This document shows, one piece after another, positions 26,212 to 32,000 of a stretch of 32,000 bases of DNA. The notes under the pieces were generated by a model, which was not told the DNA's origin, did no database searches, and saw only the letters and a list, made by a program, of their open reading frames with translations. This DNA is from Trichlorobacter lovleyi SZ (GTDB taxonomy: Bacteria; Desulfobacterota; Desulfuromonadia; Geobacterales; Pseudopelobacteraceae), in contig NC_010814.1 of NCBI RefSeq assembly GCF_000020385.1, forward strand, positions 210,001-242,000, written 5' to 3'. Positions within the stretch are counted from its first letter, which is position 1. Every line of letters starts with the position of its first letter. Made by a program: the position numbers and the translations under genes.

Positions 26212-26376
26212 ATGACTACCCACATCATCAAACACGTAACAATCAAAGGCTGTCAGATACCGGTCTATGCGCCCGTTAAGGAGCGACAGATCAGCATCGA
26301 TGTCACCAGAATCATTGCCGGCGTTATTTTCGGTTCCCTGCTCACCGCAGTCGGAACCCTGCCGTTTCTGATTTGA
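26212..26376 (+). CDS. Small 54-aa protein with C-terminal TM helix (hypothetical)
   Basis: Manually found: MTTHIIKHVTIKGCQIPVYAPVKERQISIDVTRIIAGVIFGSLLTAVGTLPFLI. It is preceded by AAGGAGACA and followed 12 nt later by the next gene with the same AAGGAGACAG Shine-Dalgarno word. Confidence 0.5.
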   Translation: MTTHIIKHVTIKGCQIPVYAPVKERQISIDVTRIIAGVIFGSLLTAVGTLPFLI

Positions 26377-26388
26377 AAGGAGACAGCC

Positions 26389-27363
26389 ATGAGCAAACTC
26401 GCTGCATTTCTGGGACGGGCTATACCGACCCATCAAAAGAAACAATCATCACATCTTGGTGACCGAACTGTGTACGTCGGAGCCTCCGACATTGCCGGCT
26501 GCCCACGTAAAGCGGCTCTCGGCAAACAATGCCCGTCCAGTCACGACATCTCGACACTCCTGCGCTTTTCCCGTGGCCATGCTGCGCAAGCCATGTATGC
26601 CGAGTTCTTCAAGACTGGCGGCGCCCTCTTCGAGGAAGAAGTCGAAGTACGTCACACGGACATCCCTGAAATCAGGTGTCACATTGACTTTCTGTTCTAT
26701 GCGAACCGGCAGACTAAAAGGCTGCACATCGTGGAGATGAAGTCGACCGATGGCATCCCCGATGAACCTTACGCATCCTGGGTGGATCAGCTGCATGTCC
26801 AGATGGGCCTGCTGCAACTCACCCTCGATCCGGAAGTGCAAATCGGCGGATCAATTCTAGTGGTTGACCTCAATGCTGGAACATACCGGGAATTCAATAA
26901 CTATGCACCCAACAAGCTGGTGTTTAATCAGCTTATGGAAAAAGCTCAGCACATCCTTTCGGCAACGCGAGGCGAGTGTGCACCTAAAACGGAACCAGGC
27001 ATTCTCTGCGGTTATTGCACGTTTCGCCAGGATTGCCCTTCGCATGTGGCTGATATGGAACTTCCTCCGGAAATCCATCAAGCCAGCAAAGCATACCTGG
27101 AATTGAACGAGCAGAAAAAAGCTCTCGACACTCGTCTGGAAGTTCTGAAAAACGACATCCTCACTTTTGTGAATGGTGCGTATAAAGGGGCTTCGGACGG
27201 TATCCTTGTTAATGTCACATCAGTGTCAGACTCGGTAATCGTCGACGGCAAGAAGCTGAAGAACTCGTATCCGGATATCTATGATCAAGTCACGAAACCG
27301 AAATCTGGCTTTCTGAAGCTTGAAATCAAACCATTCATGCCGCTCGCAGCACAGGCGGCCTGA
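26389..27363 (+). CDS. PD-(D/E)XK nuclease, Cas4/RecB-like with four-Cys cluster
   Basis: An N-terminal Cys lies in SDIAGCPRKAAL. The catalytic motif is HIDFLF...LHIVEMKS (D...ExK). The C-terminal cluster is CGYCTFRQDCPSH (C-x2-C-x5-C). Confidence 0.75.
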   Translation: MSKLAAFLGRAIPTHQKKQSSHLGDRTVYVGASDIAGCPRKAALGKQCPSSHDISTLLRFSRGHAAQAMYAEFFKTGGALFEEEVEVRHTDIPEIRCHIDFLFYANRQTKRLHIVEMKSTDGIPDEPYASWVDQLHVQMGLLQLTLDPEVQIGGSILVVDLNAGTYREFNNYAPNKLVFNQLMEKAQHILSATRGECAPKTEPGILCGYCTFRQDCPSHVADMELPPEIHQASKAYLELNEQKKALDTRLEVLKNDILTFVNGAYKGASDGILVNVTSVSDSVIVDGKKLKNSYPDIYDQVTKPKSGFLKLEIKPFMPLAAQAA

Positions 27364-27376
27364 TCCAACCCCACAA

Positions 27377-27447
27377 GGGGGCGTTACGCTCCCCATGGGA
27401 AATCTCCATTCTTGGAGGCGTGCGCCCCCATTGAAAGGAGATTCCTG
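27377..27447 (+). promoter_or_regulatory. Two-hairpin leader module D
   Basis: GGGGGCG-tta-CGCTCCC within 27377-27394. Proximal stem GGAAATCTCC (27398-407) / GGAGATTCC (27437-45) sequesters the Shine-Dalgarno. An alternative pairing exists between GGGGGCG (27377-83) and CGCCCCC (27422-28). Confidence 0.45.
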
Positions 27448-27648
27448 ATGAAAATCTATCGTACCGGCACGTTGCCCCCTGACCTTAAATCCTTCTCCTG
27501 TGAGAAAAGGCATGAAGACCTGAAAGAGGTCCTGCATGCCATTGTCTCACTGTTGCTCATCGCGGCGATGTTTTTCATGTTCATGATTGCCGCAGCAGCA
27601 CCTGAACCCCAGGTTTATCCTGTGGGGTGGGAGGAGGTGCGAGGATGA
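27448..27648 (+). CDS. Small membrane protein (66 aa, hypothetical)
   Basis: Start at ATG 27448 after AAAGGAG. The central helix is AIVSLLLIAAMFFMFMIAAAA. The stop overlaps the next ATG. Confidence 0.5.
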   Translation: MKIYRTGTLPPDLKSFSCEKRHEDLKEVLHAIVSLLLIAAMFFMFMIAAAAPEPQVYPVGWEEVRG

Positions 27649-27914
27649 CGGAGCCAACCATTGCCATCTATACGGAAGAGGAGACTGGCCCGTCTGATGC
27701 TGCTGTGAATGAGGTCAACCTCTCGTTGCACGGAGCCAACCGGGTTCTGGAACGTGACATCCCTCTGGAAGCTCTCGAAGGTGTTCGTCATCTTCTGCCT
27801 CTCCTCAACACGAAACCACTCAAATTCAGGTACAAGGGGGTTTTCGTCGTGGCCCGCCTGGTAAATGGTTCACCAAGAATCATCACCGCCTGGCGCCTAC
27901 TTCCCCCCTCGTAG
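27645..27914 (+). CDS. Hypothetical 89-aa protein
   Basis: ATGA overlap at 27645-27648 with a GGAGGAGG Shine-Dalgarno upstream. No family was recognised. Confidence 0.5.
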   Translation: MTEPTIAIYTEEETGPSDAAVNEVNLSLHGANRVLERDIPLEALEGVRHLLPLLNTKPLKFRYKGVFVVARLVNGSPRIITAWRLLPPS

Positions 27915-28013
27915 ATGTCTTAGTAGGACAGCGAAATTAACCATCACCCTTGGCGGGATGCATGACATCTCCGCAAAGGAGAGGTATCCCGTCGTCAATA
28001 CAAGGAGGCATCC

Positions 28014-28427
28014 ATGAGTCCTAAAATTCCACGACCCAAGGCTGTTCCCGGCTTCACCATCGAACGCCGGTCTGCCTGCGGGAAAATTTACACTACTGTC
28101 ACCCTGTCCCCGACAACAGCTGCACCAATGGAAGTCTTCATACGCTTCGGCAAGGCCGGAGGTTGTGGTTCTGCCATGGCCGATGGTATCGCTCGCCTGG
28201 TCTCCTACGGTCTCCGTTCGGGACTGGAGCCAACCGATGCGTTCAAGGCTCTCACCGGCATAGGTTGTCATCTCGGGGCCAATACCTGCCTCAATTGCGT
28301 TGCCGAATCCATAGGCATCGTTTTGGAGCATCTGAAAACAGGGCGTGATCTCAACGACCTCATCGAGGAAGCTGACTTCGCGGCAATTAACCAAATCGGA
28401 CAAGGAGCTGATCACCATGAAATATAG
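28014..28427 (+). CDS. Stand-alone TSCPD-domain protein
   Basis: The Cys-containing blocks ACGKIYTTV, EVFIRFGKAGGCGSAMADGIARLVS, GIGC and NTCLNCVAESIG match the TSCPD domain. That domain is otherwise found at the C-terminus of class II ribonucleotide reductases (by recollection). Confidence 0.65.
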   Translation: MSPKIPRPKAVPGFTIERRSACGKIYTTVTLSPTTAAPMEVFIRFGKAGGCGSAMADGIARLVSYGLRSGLEPTDAFKALTGIGCHLGANTCLNCVAESIGIVLEHLKTGRDLNDLIEEADFAAINQIGQGADHHEI

Positions 28428-29340
28428 CATCAAGGACATATTCAATATTCCTGTGAAAGAGAGTCTCTGCGTGGAAGGTCGGCCTCAGTCCGACAACCCA
28501 TTTATCCCTGAAGTTGACAGCGACTATGTGTTCAGGAAGGAAATCCTGTCGGATGTACTTTCCTGGTACATGATGGGCGCCAACGACGGCCTGTACCTGA
28601 CCGGTCCGACCGGCAGCGGCAAGTCTTCGATTGTCTTGCAGACCGCTGCCCGGCTCAATATTCCGGTCATGGTCGTCACAGGGCACAGCAGACTCGAAAC
28701 CCCGGAACTTGTGGGGCATCACGTAATCGTCAACAACTCGATGGAGTACGTCTACGGACCGCTCGCCATGGCCATGAAAGAAGGTCACTGGTTCCTGCTG
28801 GACGAGATCGACTTGCTCGATCCCGCCACTGCAGCAGGTTTGAACGGCATCGTAGAAGGAAGACCCCTCACCATTCCGGAAAAGGGTGGTGAAGTCATCA
28901 AGCCGGCACCGGGCTTTCGCTTCATTGCGACAGCCAACACCGCCGGCAGCGGTGATCGCTCAGGTCTCTATCAAGGGACTTTACGGCAGAACGGCGCATT
29001 TCTGGATCGTTTCTGGATGGTTGAAGTCGACTATCCTGACGAAGTCCAGGAAAGACAGATTCTGGCCAAAGCCATGCCCAGCCTGGCTGATACGGTCAGG
29101 GAAGCACTGGTATCCTACGCCAACGAAATCCGCAAACTCTTCATCAAAGGGGAAATAGAAGTCACCTTCTCCACCAGAACCCTCGTCAGATGGGCGAAGC
29201 TTGTGTATCTCTTCCGCCCGGCATCTGCTGAAGGGAAAAACCCGATCATCCATGCTCTTGATCGTGCTCTCGGGTACCGAGCAGAGCCGGAAAGCCGCGA
29301 GGCGTTGCACGAACTGGCGCAACGCGTCTTCGGCGGATAG
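28417..29340 (+). CDS. CobS-like / MoxR-type AAA+ ATPase
   Basis: Start at ATG 28417. Walker A is LTGPTGSGKSS and Walker B is FLLDEIDL. The segment FRFIATANTAGSGDRSGLYQGTLRQNGAFLDRFWMVEVDYPDEVQERQIL closely follows the aerobic cobaltochelatase CobS pattern. Confidence 0.85.
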   Translation: MKYSIKDIFNIPVKESLCVEGRPQSDNPFIPEVDSDYVFRKEILSDVLSWYMMGANDGLYLTGPTGSGKSSIVLQTAARLNIPVMVVTGHSRLETPELVGHHVIVNNSMEYVYGPLAMAMKEGHWFLLDEIDLLDPATAAGLNGIVEGRPLTIPEKGGEVIKPAPGFRFIATANTAGSGDRSGLYQGTLRQNGAFLDRFWMVEVDYPDEVQERQILAKAMPSLADTVREALVSYANEIRKLFIKGEIEVTFSTRTLVRWAKLVYLFRPASAEGKNPIIHALDRALGYRAEPESREALHELAQRVFGG

Positions 29341-29350
29341 GGGGTGCTAC

Positions 29351-29683
29351 ATGGCATTACGACAGCATCTCCATCTCCAATGCAACACTACGGCTGGCGG
29401 CAAGTTCTGGATCGCCCAGATTCATGACGATCCGCCGCGGGTTACGGTCAATTGGGGGCCTACGCGCAGCCAGGGGCAGACGAAGTCTTATGACGTCAAC
29501 TCAATGTCCGAGGCATTCACGTTCGTTTCCAAGAAGAAGAAGGAAAAGCTGGCCAAAGGGTACTACGAAGTTGCTTCATCGCCGCCTCGTGAACCTGTCC
29601 AGCCAACACCCCGGAAACAGACAGACAAAACAATCATGAAGGATCTCATGTCCGGTGCAAACACCAAGGACTGGTTCTTCTAA
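29351..29683 (+). CDS. WGR-domain-like small protein
   Basis: GGKFWIAQIHDDPPRVTVNWGPTRSQGQTKSYDVNSMSEAFTFVSKKKKEKLAKGYYEV follows the WGR pattern (KFY..., WGRIG..GQ, ...K..KGY) with WGP replacing WGR. Start at ATG 29351. Confidence 0.6.
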   Translation: MALRQHLHLQCNTTAGGKFWIAQIHDDPPRVTVNWGPTRSQGQTKSYDVNSMSEAFTFVSKKKKEKLAKGYYEVASSPPREPVQPTPRKQTDKTIMKDLMSGANTKDWFF

Positions 29684-29693
29684 CGCCCTTCAG

Positions 29694-29760
29694 GGGAGGC
29701 CTTCTCCCTGTTGGGGGCCTCCCTTGATCACACCATCATACTGATCAAAGGAGAAAGAAC
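29694..29760 (+). promoter_or_regulatory. Two-hairpin leader module F
   Basis: GGGAGGCC-N14-GGCCTCCC at 29694-29723. TTGATCA-N11-TGATCAA (29724-29748) abuts the AAGGAG Shine-Dalgarno at 29748-53. Confidence 0.4.
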
Positions 29761-30645
29761 ATGAACGAAATACTTTCAAAGCTGGTAGTTGTGTCCCTGT
29801 CCATTTCACTCTGGACTGGCCGGAAGAAACTCTCGCCGGAAGACCTTGGGCTCGACTTTTCCAAACTCCCTCCCGAAAAACTGGCCACGCTCGGTAGCAA
29901 GAAGATCTGCGACCCGGAGAAACTTGCCGTATTCAGCGCCCTGAAGCGTCGTGCCGAACGGCAGTGTGAAGCGGTAGGAGTCAGATTCCTCGGTGGCTAT
30001 GCCATACCGGAGGATAAGGCCGACGAGGTGATGAAGATCCTCGACGGTGTTCGGGATGAGTTTGAGAAGGAGAAGCAGGAATTTTTGTCGGAGTACGACC
30101 GCAGTCTGAGGGAATGGATTGATGCGAACCCCGAATGGGCAGCCATCATCGAAAAAGGCGTAGAACCAGCGTCAACAGCGGCACGCCGTCTGGGCTTCGC
30201 AGTCCAGGCGTTCAAGGTCAAGAACATCGACGGACTGGACAAGGGGCTGAACGAACATGCCAGTACCCTGTCAGAACGGCTGATCTTTGAAATCAATCAA
30301 CAAGCCAGGCAAGCCTGGGAGGAGTCGTACAAGGGACGCCCTTCTGTAACCCGGAAAGCGCTACGCCCGATCAAGTCCATGCTCGACAAACTGCGTGGTC
30401 TTGAGTTCCTTTCTCCCTACCTGCTCACTCTGGCAGTACAGGTTGAAGACGTGTTGGCCTCATTACCAAAAAGCGGTCCCATCGAAGGACGGAATCTCAC
30501 CTCACTTATCGGGATATTGCATGTCCTCGGCGATTTGCCGCTGGATGAAGTCCCGGCAGAGGAAGAAGAGGATGTTGTTGAAAACATCCTTCCCGAGACC
30601 AGAACCGCTGAGCCGGTAAGCCTGCCCAGCGAATGGTTCTTTTAG
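29761..30645 (+). CDS. DUF3150-like protein
   Basis: The N-terminus KLVVVSLSISLWTGRKKLSPEDLG...LPPEKLATLGSKKICDPEKLAVFSALKRRAERQCEAVGVRFLGGYAIPE matches my recollection of DUF3150 proteins, which accompany CobS/CobT-like pairs on plasmids and ICEs. Confidence 0.55.
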   Translation: MNEILSKLVVVSLSISLWTGRKKLSPEDLGLDFSKLPPEKLATLGSKKICDPEKLAVFSALKRRAERQCEAVGVRFLGGYAIPEDKADEVMKILDGVRDEFEKEKQEFLSEYDRSLREWIDANPEWAAIIEKGVEPASTAARRLGFAVQAFKVKNIDGLDKGLNEHASTLSERLIFEINQQARQAWEESYKGRPSVTRKALRPIKSMLDKLRGLEFLSPYLLTLAVQVEDVLASLPKSGPIEGRNLTSLIGILHVLGDLPLDEVPAEEEEDVVENILPETRTAEPVSLPSEWFF

Positions 30646-30654
30646 GAGGCCGCC

Positions 30655-32000
30655 ATGAAACACACCACACTGCCCCTGGTTGCCAAGGCACTCGGGGAAA
30701 AATACGACATTCAGGTACAGATCTCCGGCGACCAGGCGTACACCAACGGACGGATTATCAATCTTCCGTCCCTGCCAGACAGCAAAGAGGCGGCACTGCT
30801 TGCCCGTGGCTATATCGACCACGAGAGCGCCCACATCCGGTTCACGGATTTCAGCGTTAAAAGTAGTACCTCCATGCTCAAGTGCCTGACAAACATTCTT
30901 GAAGACATCCGTATCGAGAAGATGATGGGAGCGAAGTATCCCGGGTGCCGGTCTAATTTGAAAGATCTGGCCGAGCACCTGAAGCAACAGGGGAGTTTCA
31001 CACCGTCACTTCAAGACCCACCGCAGACCCTACTGGCATGGCTATGCGCCAGGGGACGGCTAACCTTGAATCAGGACTTCAGTGACATCCTTGCCATGAC
31101 CAGCAGTACGGTCAACGGGTTTCTCGGCACCGGATACAAAAAGTTGCTGGACCTGACCGAGAGAATTCCAAATCTCGTCTCCACCAGGGACTCACAATCC
31201 ATGGCGGAGGAGATCCTGCGGTTGATCCGTGATGAAAAACACCAACAGGAGCAGGAACGGAAACGTCAGGAAGACCAGAAGGCGAAAACCACCTGCAGCT
31301 CTGATGGGTCAAAACCTGATGGCAGTTCCAATGATCAGGAAGAATACAATCAGACATCCGGCACTGACCAGCAGTCAGGAAAACCGAAACAGGATACCGA
31401 TGATTCATCACCCGATGGTGATAACACCGGTACTGCAGCAGGCGATGATTCTCAGTCCCAAGCTGCAGGCAATCCGTCGCCTCCTGTTCCCAAGAGTGGT
31501 TCCAGTGGGGAATTGGGTGGTAATCCCGAGGCTCTTCAGGAAATGCTCGATTGTGATCCTGGCGGGTTTGGCGATGTCGGTGAAATTCTCAAACATGAAC
31601 TGATAACTGAGGGTGAAACAGTCGGCAATCGGGGTGGCGTTCTGCTTCCACCGGAGGCCTCTCTGCGCACCTTTCCCATCGATATCCATGAAACCAGACG
31701 ACATACGGCGCTGCTCAGAGCCCGGCTTAGCGGATTAATCCAGGCAAGCCGACTGAGGAGACGTCATGCACGCCGCACCGGTAGCAAGATAGATAACCGG
31801 GTGGTGCATCGTCTTGCATTAAACGACACCAGGCTGTTTCTGCACCAAGAGGAGAAAACGGAGGTCAATACCGCCATCATGATCCTCGTGGACAGGAGTG
31901 GGAGCATGCAACACCAGAAAATCGAGGTTGCCTCTAAAACTGCATATGTTGTGGCAGAGGCCCTTGATTCAATCCCTGGATGTTTTGCTGCCGTTGCCGC
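30655..32000 (+). CDS. CobT-like protein: N-terminal HExxH region, acidic/Ser-rich linker, C-terminal vWA domain (3-prime end beyond window)
   Basis: Manually translated; it is absent from the ORF track because it is open at the window edge. Sequence: MKHTTLPLVAKALGEKYDIQVQISGDQAYTNGRIINLPSLPDSKEAALLARGYIDHESAHIRFTDF... followed by a low-complexity linker DGSSNDQEEYNQTSGTDQQSGKPKQDTDDSSPDGDN. Then ...AIMILVDRSGSM, the start of the MIDAS DxSxS motif. An AGGAGG Shine-Dalgarno lies upstream. Confidence 0.75.
   Translation, partial: MKHTTLPLVAKALGEKYDIQVQISGDQAYTNGRIINLPSLPDSKEAALLARGYIDHESAHIRFTDFSVKSSTSMLKCLTNILEDIRIEKMMGAKYPGCRSNLKDLAEHLKQQGSFTPSLQDPPQTLLAWLCARGRLTLNQDFSDILAMTSSTVNGFLGTGYKKLLDLTERIPNLVSTRDSQSMAEEILRLIRDEKHQQEQERKRQEDQKAKTTCSSDGSKPDGSSNDQEEYNQTSGTDQQSGKPKQDTDDSSPDGDNTGTAAGDDSQSQAAGNPSPPVPKSGSSGELGGNPEALQEMLDCDPGGFGDVGEILKHELITEGETVGNRGGVLLPPEASLRTFPIDIHETRRHTALLRARLSGLIQASRLRRRHARRTGSKIDNRVVHRLALNDTRLFLHQEEKTEVNTAIMILVDRSGSMQHQKIEVASKTAYVVAEALDSIPGCFAAVA

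Noticed and set aside
4601-29350. N-terminal extensions of several track ORFs (starts 4601, 9498, 17197, 17606, 24539, 28345, 29201).
   Set aside because: The extensions overlap the preceding gene or a leader. They lack a Shine-Dalgarno and add non-homologous residues. Internal ATGs with a good Shine-Dalgarno give family-typical N-termini (4751, 9570, 17290, 17783, 24602, 28417, 29351).
1-32000. By-eye search for CRISPR arrays, rRNA, tRNA and long tandem repeats.
   Set aside because: No regularly spaced direct repeats, no rRNA-like conserved blocks and no foldable cloverleaf were found. The only repeats are the short words and leader modules reported above.

Overview
No rRNA, tRNA or CRISPR array was found by eye. 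All calls come from reading the supplied ORFs and the raw sequence, with no database searches. The window is a mosaic. Protein flavour (IHF, XseAB, RecD2) suggests a Desulfuromonadales-like deltaproteobacterial replicon, which is an unverified guess.

Left to right:
1. 1-200: the end of an ISL3-family insertion sequence. Its transposase runs off the left edge.
2. 0.5-2.9 kb, minus strand: a two-gene operon for exported proteins. One is an FGE-sulfatase-fold protein lacking the catalytic Cys pair. The other is a 514-aa protein with a very long Glu/Arg/Gln/Ala charged spacer.
3. 3.3-5.6 kb: a DevBCA/MacAB-like exporter reduced to permease plus ATPase, flanked by two gene remnants.
4. 5.8-14.4 kb, plus strand: a DNA-metabolism block. 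It holds a secreted non-specific nuclease with a translationally coupled 84-aa ORF, YheU, xseA-xseB, IHF/HU and a DnaQ-like exonuclease. A start/stop-overlapped chain follows: GNAT, a 56-aa ORF, a SagB-like dehydrogenase, RecD2 and a hydrolase fragment.
5. About 14.42 kb: a junction that truncates an alpha/beta hydrolase gene, followed by an ABC-F ATPase with visibly different codon choice.
6. 16.5-32 kb: a conjugative-element-like block.

Contents of the conjugative-element-like block:
- A LexA-DNA-binding-domain::PNPOx-like fusion regulator sits divergent from a tightly overlapped operon: lytic transglycosylase, NusA-like paralog, soluble coupling-protein-like ATPase, membrane-anchored HD protein, TraF, TraH.
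- A structured non-coding region of about 0.5 kb follows.
- An early-gene region comes next: ssb, a possible annealase and a Cas4-like nuclease.
- A five-gene cassette of unknown function ends the window: TSCPD, CobS-like AAA+, WGR, DUF3150-like and HExxH-vWA.

The leads most worth following are this five-gene cassette, the repeated two-hairpin leader modules that occlude the ribosome-binding sites of the early genes, the LexA-DBD::PNPOx regulator with its operator, and the element-borne NusA paralog.
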